Under the pieces are notes generated by a model. The model saw nothing but the letters and a program-made list of their open reading frames with translations, had not been told where the DNA came from and ran no database searches. A stretch of DNA of 64,000 bases, from the NCBI RefSeq assembly GCF_009914755.1, contig NC_060925.1, one strand, 5' to 3'. Both the position numbers and the translations under genes were made by a program. Positions 14,201 to 28,598 of this stretch are shown one piece after another (positions within the stretch are counted from its first letter, which is position 1; the number at the start of each line of letters is the position of its first letter). This DNA comes from the human T2T-CHM13v2.0 reference genome, Homo sapiens.

Positions 14201-15127
14201 ATCATATGGTATTTGTTTTTAGTTCTGTTTATGTGATATATCACATTTATTGACTTGCATGTGTTAAACTATCCCTGCATCCCTGGTATGAAACCCACTT
14301 GATCATGGTGTATTTTTTTTTTTTTTTGACATGCTGCTAGATTCAGTTAGTTAGTACTTTGTTAAGGATTTTTGCATCTATGTTTATCAGGGATATTGGT
14401 CTGTAGTTTTCTTTTTTTGTTATGTCCTTTCCTGATTTTGGAATTATGGTGATACTGGCTTCATCAAATGATTTAGGGAGGATTTCCTCTTTATCTTTTG
14501 GAATAGTAAGATTGGTATCAATTCTTTGAATGTCTGATGGAATTCAGCTGTGAATCCATCTGATCCTAGACTTTTTTTGTTGGCAATTTTTAAATTACTG
14601 TTTCAACCTTGCTACTTGTTATTGGTCTGTTCAGAGTTTCTGTTTCTCCTGATTTAATCTGGGAGCATTGTATATTTCCAGGAATTTATCCATCTCCTCT
14701 ACATTTTCTAGTTTGTGTATGTAAAGGTGTTCATAGTAGCCTGGAATGACCTAGTACTTCTGTGGTATTAGTTGTAATATCTCCTGTTTCCTTTCTAATT
14801 GAGCTTACTTGGATCTTCTCTCTTCTTTTCTTGGTTAATCTCACTAGGTCTATCAATTTTGTTTATTTTTTTAAAGAACCAGCTTTTTGTTTCATTTATC
14901 CTTTGTATTTCTGTTTGCTTGTTTGCTTCAATTTCATTTAGTTTTGCTCTGATCTTTATTTTTTTCTTCTCCTGGGCTTGGGTTTGGTTTGGTCTTGTTT
15001 CTCTAATTCCTTGAGGTATGACCTTAGATTGTCGATTTGTGCTCTTTCAGACTTTTTGATGTAGGCATTTAATGCTATGGACTTTCCTCTTAGCACTGCT
15101 TTTGCTATATCCCAGAGGTTTTGATAA

Positions 15128-15440
<313 letters not shown>

Positions 15441-17742
15441 ATAATTGTTTAATTTTTATCTTGATTTTATTGTTTATCCAAAGATCATTCAAGAGCAGAT
15501 TATTTAATTTCCATGTATTTGTATAGTTTTGAGGATTCCTTTTGGAGTTAATTTCTGGTTTTATTCCACTGTGGTCTGAGAGGATACTTGATATAATTTT
15601 GATTTTCTTAAATTTATTAAGACTTGTTTTGTGGCCTATCATATGGTCTATCTGTGAGAATGTTACAGTGCTGAAGAAAAGAATGTATATTCTGCAGTTG
15701 TTGGGTAGAATGTTCTATAAATATCTTTTAAGTCCATTTATTCTAGAGTACAGTTTAAACCCATTGTTTCTTTATTGACCTTCTGTCTTGATGACCTATC
15801 TAGTGCTGCCAGTGGAGTATTGAATTCCCCCACTATTACTGTGTTGCTGTCTATCTCATTTCTTAGGTCTAGCAGTAATTGTTTTATAAATTTGGGAGCT
15901 CCAGTATTAGGTGCATATATATTTATGATTGTGACATTTTCCTCTTGGACTAGTTCTTTTATCATTACATAATGTCACTCTTTATCTATTTTTACTGTTG
16001 TTGCTTTAAAGTCTGTTTTGTCTGATATAAGAATAGGTACTCCTGCCCACTTTTGGTTTCCATTTGTGTGGAATATCTTTTTCCAACCCTTTACCTTAAG
16101 TTTGAGTCCTTATGTGTTAGGTGAGTCTCTTGAAGACAGTGGATACTTGGTTGGTGGATTTTTACCAATTCTGCCATCCTCTCTCTCTTAAGTGGAGCAT
16201 TTAGGTCATTTATATTCAACGTTAGTATTGAGATGTGAGGTACTTTTCTATTCATCATGTTCGTTGTTGCCTTGATACCTTGTTTTTTTCCCCTTTTTGT
16301 TATTGTTTTATAGGCCCTGTGAGACTTACACTTTAAGGGAGTTCTATTTTGGTGTATTTCAAGGTTTTGTTTCAAGATTTAGGACTCCTTTAAGCATTTC
16401 TTGTAGTGCTGGCTTAGTAATGGTGAATTCTCTCAGCATTTGTTTGTCTGAAAAAGACTATCTCTCCTTCATTTATGAAGCTTACTTTTGCTGAATACAA
16501 AAATCTTGGTTGACAATTATTTTGTTTCAGGAGGCTAAAGATGGGACCCCAGTTGCTTCTGACTTGTAAGGTTTCTGCTGAGAAGTCTGCTATTAATCTG
16601 ATAGGTTTTCCTTTCTAGATTATCTGATGCTTTTGTCTCACAGCCCTTAAGATTCTTCCCTTCACCTTGACTTTAGATAACCTGATGATTATGTGCCTGG
16701 GTGATAATCTTTTTGTGATGAATTTCCCAGGTGTTCTTTGAGCTTCTTGTATTTGAATGTCTAGATCTCTAGCAAGGCCAGGAAAGTTTTCCTTAATTTT
16801 TCCTTCAAATAAGTTTTACAAACTTTTAGATTTCTCTTCTTCATCAGGAACAGCAATTATTCTTTGGTTTGGCTGCTTAACATAATCCCAAATTTCTTGA
16901 AGGCTTTGTTGATTTTTTTAATTCTTTTTTCTTTGTCTTTGTTTGATTGGGTTAATTTGAAAGCCTTGTCTTTGAACTCTGAAGTTCTTTTTTCTACTTG
17001 TTCTAGTCTATTGTTGAAACTTTCCAGTGCATTCTGTATTTCTCTAAGTGTGTCTTTCATTTCCAGAAGTTTGTAATTGTTTTTTTCTTTATGATATCTG
17101 TTTCTCTGGAGAATTTTTCATCCACATCCTGTATTTTTAAAAATTTCTTTAAGTTGGTTTTCACCTTTCTCTGGTATCTCCTTGAGTAGCTCAATAATCA
17201 ATCTTCTGAATTCTGTATCTGGCAATTCAGAGATTTCTTCTTGGTTTGGATCCATTGCTAGGGAGCTGGTGTGACCTTTTGGGGGTGTTATAGAAACCTG
17301 TTTTGTCATATAATCAGAATTACTTTTCTGATTCCTTCTCATTTGGGGAGACTATTTCAGTGGAGAGGTCTGAAACTCAAGGTCTGCTGTTCAGATTCTC
17401 TTCTCCCATGGGATGATCCCTTGATATGGTGCTCTCTTCCTCCCCCAAGGGATGGAGCTTTCTGAGAGCTGGACTGCAGTGATTGTTATTGCTCTTCTGC
17501 GTCTGTTATTGCTCTTCTGGGTCTAGCCACCACATGGATCTAGGGATTGTTTTTGCTCTTCTGGGTCTGGCCACCATGTGGGGCTATGAGGCTCTGAGCT
17601 GGTGGTCTGAAAAAAGTCCTGTGATGTGATCTGACTTCAGGTCTACAGCCATGGATACCAGCACCTGTTCAGTGGAGGTGGCAGGGGAGTGAAATAAGAC
17701 TCTGTGAGAATCCTTGGTTGTAGATATGTTTAGTGCACTTGC

Positions 17743-18392
17743 TGAAGTGGCATTGTTGTCTGGGGTAAATACACAAGGTTTGTTGCCTCATGCCAAGGAA
17801 ATCAAGGACATGAACACATGTGGAGTGAGGTTAAGAGCATAGGTTTAATAGGCAAAAAAAAGCGAAAGGAAAACAGCTCTCTCTCCTATGAGACAGAGGG
17901 GTGCCTGAGTGGGACTTCAGGCCTGCATCAGTGCACCGGATTTTATAGACAGGCTTGAGGAGGCAGTGTCTGATTTACACAGGGGCCAAAGATTGGTTGG
18001 ACCAGGTGCGCACATTTATTTACATAGCGCATGGGGAAGCTGGCCCCCACCCTAATCTTATTATGCTAATGGGGTCTTTACTTTATTATGCAAATGGCGC
18101 CACGTTGTCTGTTCCTTGCTGTAGACATGGTTGATAAGGAAAGGGGAAGATGGAGCCACCATGTTGGACATGCCTAGCCCTCAGGTAGCCTTTTCCTAAT
18201 GGCACAGCTGCCAGCATTCACTCATGCAAGCTTCCAGCTTGCTTGTCTATGTCTGCAGCTCCATTTTACAGGCTGCTCTTTGTTAGAAAAGAAGATTATT
18301 TTGGATCTGCTTTTCATTAAAAGGAAAACCTTACCAAAGACTCTCTTACCCTCGCTTTCTGCCTAAATAATTTCTTCTTAACTCCTATATCG
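17743..18392 (-). mobile_element. LTR9-type ERV1 solo LTR nested in the L1 5'UTR
   Basis: Reverse strand starts (C)GATATAGGAGTTAAGAAGAAATTATTTAGGCAG and ends ACCCCAGACAACAATGCCACTTCA; 4-bp TSD TTGC/TCGC. Confidence 0.85.
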
Positions 18393-20134
18393 TCGCTTTC
18401 TTGAATTCTGGTTCTATTAGCAGTGAAGTTGTCACATGGACACATTCAAAACCTCTGGTTACCCAAGATGTTGCAGGCAGTGGAATTAGGTGTTGTCTTC
18501 TCCTTTCTGGGATCAGGGTTATTCTGTCATGAGTTGCTGTAATAACCTGAGTTGGTTGGCCTCCAGCCAATAGGTGGCACTTCCAAGAGAACACCAGCTA
18601 TGATAGTGGTAGGGAGCTCTAAACTTGCCCTAAGATGGCCAGGGTAAGTATTTTGGTTTCTCAGGTAATGGGTGGGGCCATAAAGCTCCAAAGAATGATT
18701 ATGTTTTGTGTTCAGCTACCAAGGTGAATAGGGAAATACCATCAGGTGGGGACAGGGTTAGACAGGTCTGCACTCAGATTCTCCTTGGGTAGGGCTTGCT
18801 ACTACCCAAGGCCACTGTGGTGGGTGGGTGGTGGTTCTCAGGCCAATGGGACTACGTTCCAGAGGGGATTATGGCTGCCTCTGCTGTGTCCAGGGAAGTG
18901 GTGGATAGCTGGTAGTGAGAGGCTTCATCCAGCTCCCATGCACTTGGAGAGATTGGTCTTCCACTACAGTGCCCTGCTCAGACCTTGCCCCAGGCCATGA
19001 GCTACCCAGCTGAGAATCAGCACAGCTTCCAGACCTCATCCCTCCCCATCTGCTCACTCCATTGGTGGTAGGTCCTGTGCTCACTCATACCAGCAGCACC
19101 TGATCATCCCCCAGACTCCACTCAAGAAATTTGTGCCCAGTCCACTACCAATTTCAGTTGGGACCTTTCTTCATCCCACAACACCTTCCCAATTCCACTG
19201 ACTGCCTTTCCCAAGGGCCCCAGTGAGATATAGTCAGGGATGGCTTCCCTGGGCTCAAGCTGGATACTGGGAATATGTGCAAGGTACTTCCCACTGCCAC
19301 TTCCACTTTTATATTTCATGCAACCCCCTAAATCTGTTTCATCTCTAGGTAAAGTTAAATCCTTCTCATGTGATCTGGATTTTCAGATTCCCCAGTGGGG
19401 ATATGTGTTTGGAGGTAGGTTTGCCTCCTCTCACACTTTGGGAACTCACAGTTTTTTTTTGCCTGTTTCATGGAATTTGCAGCAGTGTGCAACTTCTTTC
19501 AAAAAATCTGTGAATTCCTTTGGTTTTCCCGGTACGTTCCTGTGGTAGTTCTTGGAGCAAAAGATCATGGTGTGAGTCTGCACACACTGTTCTGTCCATC
19601 CATGTGGGAGCTGCACATTAGCCCTGTCTCCTATTCATCATCTTCCCCCGTTCTTGTCCTGATTATCCAATTTTGAGTGCTGTTGAGGTTGATCTGTGGG
19701 TTCAGGTGTTTCAGCTGTAATGATGGTATTATAAAGTTACTCATCAATTTTCACCTAATGATTTTTTTGCAGTCACTGATGATTGCTGACTACATCCACT
19801 ATTTCATTAAAGATTTGCAAAATAGTGATTTTCTAATTCTACCCTTCATTCTGCACCTATTAGCTGGGTTTTTCAATAAAGAAGAACTTTCCCTCATCAA
19901 CCAAAAAGCTTCTTGCAAGGTTTTCTTTTTGGTTTACTGTGGGTTCATTAAGATGTGACAGATACGACTAGATGCAGGGACTTCAGAATGCTTTCCACCG
20001 TTGCTCCCTCACATATATACTCTTGTCATCATGTACTTTTATTCTACATATTATTATTGTTGTTTTCATTTCAATGTTTCACTCCAATGTTCATTTATAC
20101 AATCAGTGAAAAATATTCCCCATAAATTAATATT

Positions 20135-20476
20135 TCTTTCTTTTCTTTCTTTCTTTCCTCTTCTTTTTTTTTTTTTTTTTGACAGGGTCTCACTCTGCCA
20201 TCCAGGCTGGAGTGCAGTGGCATACTCATGACTCAATGCAGCCTTGATCTCCTGGGTTCAAGCGATCTTCCCACTTCTCACCTCAACCTCCACAAGTAGC
20301 TTGGACCAGAGGTGCATTCTACCATGTTTGGCTAATTTTTTTTTATTTTTTGCAGAAATAGTGTCTCCCTGTATTGCCCATGCCCTGTATTACCTCAAAC
20401 TCTTGGGCTCAAGTGATACTCCCACCTAGGCCTCCCAAAGTGCTGGGATTGCAGGCATGAGTCACTGTGCCTGGCC
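20135..20476 (-). mobile_element. AluJ SINE
   Basis: GACAGGGTCTCACTCTG..GGGCTCAAGTGAT; AAATTAAT flanking repeats. Confidence 0.88.
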
Positions 20477-20984
20477 AAATTAATCTTTTTCTTTTCTGCA
20501 TTCTTTTCTGTGTCTCTTCATTCTTTTCTGCATCTCTGACTTCCAATCTGGAATCTGGTTTCCAGCCCTAAATTTCCTGGCTTCAGCACTGGCAAATTCT
20601 ATTTTCCCAGGGAGGGGAAAAAAAGTACCTGACCAGGCCCAAAGACTTCATTTATTTTCTTCATTATTTTATTTACCTCTATAGGGGCTTTTTCCAAGTC
20701 ACCCTCAATGGGATTTCCTTTACTCTATCTTCTGTAACAGCCAGAGCACATCAAATACATAGAAGCTGGCATTCTAGGCCATAGTAATTGTTCAGTAGGT
20801 ACTTTATCTTGTTTACTTTGTTGGATAGCCTTTCTTAACAAACTTTCTCTGATATCTCAGTCTCAGATACAAGTCTCCCTGCCTTTAACCATTGTATCAG
20901 TTAGGACTTGCATTAACTGCAAACAAGTAAAAACTCAACCACATTTTACAGTTAGGCATTACACATATGCACACATGTATGTGT

Positions 20985-20985
20985 A

Positions 20986-21016
<31 letters not shown>

Positions 21017-21028
21017 CGAGAGAGAGAG
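20985..21028. repeat. (CA)n(GA)n compound microsatellite inside an old MLT1-like LTR
   Basis: Direct inspection. Confidence 0.9.
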
Positions 21029-21760
21029 AACTCTAGAACTTCTAGTCCCATGGCTTAAAAGTGTCAGGACCACTGACTCCACATTTTTCCAGGCACCTTC
21101 CTAATGCCTGTGAGTCAGCTAGTATTGCTTCAGCCATGACATCTATATTCCAGACAAAAAGTAGAAGGAAGAAGAAGAAAGGAAATGTCTCTACCTGTAT
21201 CAGGTATATCAACCAGACTGAGAAATCCCCACTAGTCCGTTGCTTACACCTCATTGGTCACAACTCAGTCAAATGGCTACCTCAATCTGAATGAGAGGCT
21301 AGAAAATGTGTATATATGTGTTAGTTGTGCACTTCGCTATCCTAAACAAAACTGCAGTTCTGGCAAGGAAACATTGACTTTGGGTTGACAATCAACAGTT
21401 TGCCCTCTCCCTACTCTTCCCTTGGCATAGGATGCCCTTCCCTCCTCCCCACCTACTGAAATCTTATTAGAATATCACCTCTTCCAGGAAGTCTTTTCAG
21501 GTTATCTCAGTAGGAATTTTCTTTTAATTCTTCAGTTTAATAAGCAATATCTTGTTTGCCTAGTAACTGCAAGGCGCTACTAAGATACTATAGATGGAGA
21601 TAAGTAAAATAGCGTTACTGTCCTGATAGAGCTCAGTTTACTTTTAGTATCTAAAAATCAGACTCCAATTATTATTTAATGATTACAGAGTTTCTATTTG
21701 AGGTGATGAAAAGGTTTTGGAAGCAGATCATGAGGATGGTAGCACAACAGTGTGAATGTA

Positions 21761-22007
21761 CAACTGACCCTTAAGCAACATGGGTTTGAATTGCATGGGT
21801 CTATTTACAGAAAGATTTTTTCCAACCAAATGCAGATTGAAAACACAGTATTTGCAGAATGTGAACCCAAGTGTAAAGAGGGCTAACTTTTCATGTATAT
21901 AGGTTCCACAGGGCTTGACTACAGGACTTGAGTATACAGGATTTGGATATATGTTGGGGGCAGAGGAGTTCTAGAATTAATCCCACTTGTATACTGAGGG
22001 GTGTCTA
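21761..22007 (+). mobile_element. MER8-type (Tigger group) DNA transposon inserted in an old L1M 3' end
   Basis: CAACTGACCCTTAAGCAACATGGGTTTGAATTGC start, ATACTGAGGG end, TA target duplication at 21759 and 22008. Confidence 0.75.
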
Positions 22008-22212
22008 TAATTAACACCACTGAATTGTACACTTCAAAATGATTACAATAGCAAATTCTGTGTTATATATATTTTATCACAGACAGGCAAATCGGACTCC
22101 AAATCCAAAAATGCCAGCATGGTGTGAAAATACAGACAGAAAGGAGGTATGGGTGTTGGGGTGCATAGAAAAGTCATTTAAATTACCTAGGCATTGGATC
22201 CTGTTCTGATGC

Positions 22213-22584
22213 TGTCTATTAGTTCATCTTCACACTGCCATAAAGACATATTCAAGACTGGGTAATTTATGAAGAAAAGAGGTTTTATTGACTCACAGTT
22301 CTGCATGGCTGGGGAGGCCTCAGGAAACTTACAATCATGGTGGAAGGGAAAGAGGCATGTCCTACATGGAAGCAGATGAGAGAGAGTGAGCAAGAGCAGG
22401 GAAAACTGCCCTATAAAACCATCAGATCTCTTGAGAACTCACTCATTATCATGAGAACAGCATGGGGGGAAGTGCCCCCATGATTCAATCACCTCCCACC
22501 TTGTCCCTCCCTTGACACATGGGGATTGTGGGGATTACAATTCAAGATGAGATTTGGGTGGGGACACAGAGCCAAACCACATCA
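22213..22584 (-). mobile_element. THE1D-like MaLR solo LTR
   Basis: GATGAGATTTGGGTGGGGACACAGAGCCAAACCACATCA end; GGAGGCCTCAGGAAACTTACAATCATGG; adjoins an LTR16-like relic (~22590-22985). Confidence 0.85.
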
Positions 22585-23850
22585 CACTGCTAGTTCTGTC
22601 TACTGAGAAGCAGATGCGGAGATGCAGTTAGGACAAACAGGCATATTTGGGTAAACTTGTGAAAGGAATTTCTTCTACTTTCACAAGAAACTTCTTTTCT
22701 TAGAAGCAGGACTGGTCAGAGGAAGCCATTAAACCGTGAAGTAGATCAAGTAGAAAAAGCCTCTCTGCCTAAAGGGGAGCTCTAGAGGAAAGAGCCCATT
22801 ACAGGAATCCTGCTTTGGGTGGAAGTGCCTAAACCTTGCTCAGTCATTGGCTGGGGCTGCACTGGGAAGAACTGAAGGAGACCAGAAAGAACAAGTGGAA
22901 GCTGTCAGCCCACCACCTTCTCACAGCTAGGCAAGGCATCCTTTCTTGCAAGGGAATAAGTACAGCCCACCTCTGTCTGCCACAGCTGCTACTAGCTATG
23001 TGATCTTGTGGCATTTGAGCTTTCTGTGCCTCAGTTTTTTCATTTGCAAAATAAATATAATAATAAAAATAGCAACCCAATCTGGTTATTGGAACAACTA
23101 TATGAGCTAATGAATGAATAGTGCTTAGAATAGTGTCTGTTTAATTATAGGTGCTCATTAAATGTGGGCTATCATTATCAATATTGCCAAGCAGAATGTA
23201 CATTATGAAATAAACACAAAACTAAATTACATATATATGATACAGTAAATATAAATCAAAGTTCTGATATCTTCTGGACCTTGATTGGTTTTGTTCTATT
23301 TTTAGACTTCTGGTTTGGGCAAGAAATGACAGTGACTGCAGGTAAGATGGTGGCAGTAGATCTAGTAAGATGTGAACAGATTCAAAATGCAATTTAAAGT
23401 TTTAGAATATGCAGTGAAGTGGTCAAGGGGAGTGAAGTAGAATCAAGCCTGACTCTCAGGCTTTTGGCTTGATCAGCTGTGTGGATGCTGCTGTCAATAA
23501 GGTGAGAAAGACTGGAGGACAAAGGGCAGATGGGGGCCAGTCAAGACTTTCATTTGAACCCATGAAGCCTGAGTTATCTGTGAGGTAGTGGAAGCCAACA
23601 AGGCAGGTGGCCATGAGAACTAAGAGATGCAATCTGAGCTGGAAATAGAAGTTTGGGAGTAATTACCATAAGGATGGTATTTAAGTCCACAGGAATGGAC
23701 AAGATAACTGCGAGAGTGAAGAAAACCAGTCTCTACCTGCTTCCTCACCCTCCAAATCCAATCAAGCTTTGGCTCTACCTCACTGTATTTTGGCTCCACC
23801 CCTCTTTTTTATCCTCTGTTTTGCTGCACCTGTTCAGTCAATACTGCTCA

Positions 23851-26390
23851 TGACACTGTCCTTATAAACCATATAAAATTAATCAGGGAGGAAGGGAGGA
23901 GGAGAAGCAAAAATAAGCCAATCTTGCAGCACATTTAGTGTTAATCACTAGGCCAGTTTGCTCTCTGACCTGCTTCCTCATAGTTGTTTAGTGCCTATTG
24001 CCTCAGAATCACGTAGACCCTGTTACAGGTTATAGTTCCCCCTAACTGCTCTATACATAACAACTTGAACATTATACAATGTTACGTTTTCTATATGAGA
24101 TCATCTTTTAAGTCCTGCATGCCAGTGAAACTATGGACACCAGCTGGTCTGAAGGACTCCACAAGAAGCTGACTCACAATGCAATTTCCACATCCTTATG
24201 ATTTTATACCCCTTACTCCAACCACTTAATGACCCCAATTTTCCAGTCTCCCACCCTCCATGATCCCCTTGTGGATCCAGAAGTCCTTGTGGAGATGTAT
24301 TTGAGAGTCTCCTTCCATCTCCTTGCTCAGCTTCCTGAGATCATTAAACTCTTTCTCTGCTGCAAACTTTGCTGTCACAGTGTATTGGACTATTACTGTG
24401 CCATGGGACTACAAACCTGTTGGTCCGGTAAAAAATTTTGGTGAGTCAAGCCTAGAGCCCCTTGTGGGCATTTGTCCATGGCTCAGTGCCCCTGCACAAT
24501 TGGGACAGGCCCAGAGACAAGCCCACGTAGCCACTAGGTTCTATTGTACTAGGAGCTGTTGACAGGGCAGTGCCAACCTTCAGCACATAAGTTGCTTGCA
24601 CCAAAGGAACAGTTTCCAGATTTGAAAGACATCTTTAGTGAGTTTTCTCTGTGCAACTGGCACATTTAATTGGCTGAAACTCTTTTGGCTCTAAGTCCCT
24701 TGGCCATAGGGTCCCACTGAGGGACAAGATGGACCCAAGGCAGGTAGCCATACCACTTCGGCAACAACATGGGACAGAATAAAAGCTTGGCCATCAATGC
24801 AGCTTCTGGCATATCTTGACCAAAAAAGGGAATGTAAATTAAAAATAAAATTCTAAGCCCCTACCAACTGAACAGACTCTGCTTATAGCCAATGGAAACC
24901 CACAAAGACCTTATAACCTGAGTTCCTAGCCATGATGGAATGGGTGGTCAGACATGTCTCATTATACTGTCTCCCTCTCAGCATCTAGACACAGCAACTG
25001 GCCAGCATTAATGTTAAAATGGAGGTCATAACACTGACAGAACAGACTCTTTGTGTCAGTAAGATTTCATGAGTATTCCAGAGTTTTCAGTCTTATTTTG
25101 CAAGGACTTTTGAAATTTGAGCTCACAGCTCTGATAATAATTAATTGCACACCAGATTATAAGATAATAATTTATAGATAAATATAAATTTATTTATAAA
25201 TATGCATTTATCTAAGACGTATAGATAATTGAATTATCTATAAGTTGTATGCGTTGAACTACCAGCTGTTTAGGCTTCTGTATACCTGTCCTTGATTTGA
25301 AAGGTCTGAATTAATTTTATCCCTTGGAACTGGCCCTTACGATCTTATGTGCCCACATCTTTTGTCATGGTCCCTGGGCCTAGAGAGAGGATGTTTGATA
25401 TTGCATAATTTTAGCAGCAGTGCGTTGGCAATGGAAAACAGATTGTCCCAGTGAGATTGAATAGTTTCAGATTCTGGCCCTGTGTTTCATGAAATATTAT
25501 CAGAGACTAAAAGATAAATTATTATCTTATAGTCTGGTGTGCAATTAAATGCTGTGCTAAGACAGTGGATTGGAGCACTAAGGTGTTTGTACTGCACCCC
25601 TGAGATCCCCAACTGAGCACTTGTAAATACTTACAGGTTACTCCAAGGCAGTTTCATTCCTCTAATCCTGACTCTTACCTCAACTGTGCCCCTTGCCAAC
25701 AGGAAGAAGCTAGGGTCATCTTCCCCCAGTTCCCACCATATTAGCTCTCACTTCAGGATTGAAGTATGACCAAGCCCACAGAGGGACAGAAACCATCCTT
25801 ATAAATAGTATAAAATTAATCAAGGAAGAAGGGAGGAGGTGAAATAAAAATAAGCCAATCTTGCAGCACATTCAGCATTAAGCACTAGGTCAGCTTGCTC
25901 TCAGACCTGCTTCCTCATAGCTGTTTGGTGCCTATTGCCTCGGAATCACGTAGACCCTGTTACAGGTCATAGTTCCCCTTAACTTCTCCTTAACAACTTA
26001 ACTTCTCCCCTTAACAACTTGAACATTGTACAATGTTACGTTTTCTATTTGAGATCATCTTTCAAGTCCTGCATGCCAATGAAACTATGGACATCAGTTG
26101 GTCTGAAGGACCCCATGAGAAGCTGACTCACAAAAGAATGCAATTTTGACATCCTTATGATTTTATACCCCTCAATCTAACCAATCAATGACCCCAATTT
26201 TCCAGCCCCTCACCCTCCAGGATCTCCTTAAAAACCCCAGCCAAGAGCTTCCTGGGGAGGATTTGAGAGTGTCTTTCCATCTCATTGTGGGTGCCCTGTG
26301 ATCATTAAGCTCTTTACTGCAAACCCTGCTATCTCAGTGCATTGGACTATTACTGTGCAGCAGGCATTCGGACCAGTCCATCCTGTAACA
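23851..26390 (+). mobile_element. MER4-group ERV1 remnant with two LTRs (LTR49-like; 23851-24433 and 25788-26390) and a short rearranged interior
   Basis: Two ~590-bp direct repeats (e.g. GAATCACGTAGACCCTGTTACAGGT in both); TTTTGGTGAGTC after the 5' LTR; purine tract before the 3' LTR; flanks CTCA/GTCA. Family name less certain than the structure. Confidence 0.8.
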
Positions 26391-26919
26391 GTCACCTGGA
26401 TGAGGACACCATCTTGCCTGATTGGTTTCCCATGCCCTTATTTTGCTTCCTCTCTCATATCCTATTTCCTTATTCTTCTAATCCGTCTTCCAAAATGGCC
26501 ACAAATCATTTTTCCAAAACCCCAATCTGCTCATGTCAATTGAATACTTGTTTCCTTAAAATCTTTCAGTTACTTCCATTGCACTCAGAATAAATCTCAA
26601 CTTTCTCAGTTTAGAGCTCTTTCTTGGCTAGGCCTTTCATGTTCAGCCTCCAGCTTGCTTTTCTACTGATTTTTCTATGATCTCTAGTGTGAACTTCACA
26701 GGAAAATCATATCGGACTATTTGTACGTTTCTCAATGCTTCCAATTATCTCATGCCTTGCCACCTCAATGGCCTCAAGGCATCCTCAGACTCACAATAAA
26801 ATCCAGACTCCTAATCATGGCTTGCAAGGCTCTGTCTAAACTGGATACCACGTCAACCTCATTCCCTACCTCTCTTTCCCTCCCTCCCTGCTGTAGCCAT
26901 TGACCTCCTAGATATTCCT

Positions 26920-27256
<337 letters not shown>

Positions 27257-27274
27257 TTCTCTTTTCTTTTGACT

Positions 27275-27590
27275 TAATTTTTTTTAGGGCAGTTTTAGGT
27301 TCACAGTAAAATTGGGAGGAAAGTATTGAAATTGCCCATATACTCCCTGCCCTAACACATGCGCAACCTCCCCTATTACCAATATCCCCTGTCAGAGTGG
27401 TATATTTGTTACAATTGATGAATCTATATTGACACATCTATCACCCAAAGTCCACAATTTACATTGGGGTTTACTCTTGGTGTTGTATTTTCTATAGGCT
27501 TGGACAAATGTAAAATGACATGTATCCACCATTACAGTATCATACAGATTATTGTAAGAATAATCCTAAAAATTCTCTGTGCTCCAACAT
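27275..27590 (-). mobile_element. L1MB-type 3' end fragment
   Basis: GCAGTTTTAGGTTCACAGTAAAATTG..GTTACAATTGATGAATCTATATTGACACATC. Confidence 0.7.
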
Positions 27591-28553
27591 CCTAGCTGTT
27601 TCTTGAACTTGCCAAAAAAATTCCAGACTCAGAGATTTTACATTTGCTGTTCCCTTTATCTTGAATGCTGTTCCTCTAGATGGTCAAATGTGTTAGTCTC
27701 TCATTTCAAATGAATTTCCACTTATATCTTGCCTCATCAACACCTCCCCTCTCCACTCTATGCATAACAACTATGGCCCCTTTCGTACCTCCCCCTATTA
27801 TCTCCTGTATCTCCTTCATCAACTTCATTTCACTTTTCCCTATCTGATGTTATATTACATATTTCTTCTGTTGTTTGCTTACTATCTCTCTCCTCATTCT
27901 AGAATACAAAATGCACAAAGGCAGAGATTTTTCTTTTGTTCACTGCTGTATCCCCATTGCTTATATCAATTTCTGTATTTATTTATAGGTTATTTATTTA
28001 TTTCTGTATTTATAGTAGGTATCTAACAAATACTAGTTAAGTGAATTAATGAATGAATAAACACAGGAATAAATGCCACCACTTCTGACTGTCTTTTTCC
28101 ACTTGGTTAACTCCTACTCATCCTAAAGACTCAGGGTAGGCACCAACTCCTCCAGCAAGTCTTCCCTGACCGTCCGCCCAGGCTGGGATGAGGGCCCTTT
28201 GTTGTTCCTCTGGGCTCTCTCAGCCACCTGGACTGGCACCTCTATTGCAACACTTCTTATCTTGTGCCTCCTAACCCAATCTCTAAGCTTCTCTAGGGCA
28301 GAAAAATCTTATGCATCTCCCCCTCTCTCCAGTGCCTGGAAGAAAGTAAGTGCTCTGTAAATGTTCATGAAATGAATGGAAGAATGAATAAGTGAAAGAA
28401 TTATAGCAGAATTTAAAATGTGCAAACTCTGATGTGCAAAATAACACAATTTTCTTTGTCATTAACTGATCTACTTTGCTCTTGCATCTCCATTCCTCCT
28501 GATGGTGAAAAATAATCCTTAAATTTGCCAATTAAAGGCAATTCAGTTTGCTT

Positions 28554-28598
28554 TGCAACTGAATTCAGTCTGCAACTGAATTCAGTCTGAATTCAGTC
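28554..28598. repeat. Short tandem repeat of a palindromic unit
   Basis: TGCAACTGAATTCAGTC x2 followed by TGAATTCAGTC. Confidence 0.9.
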
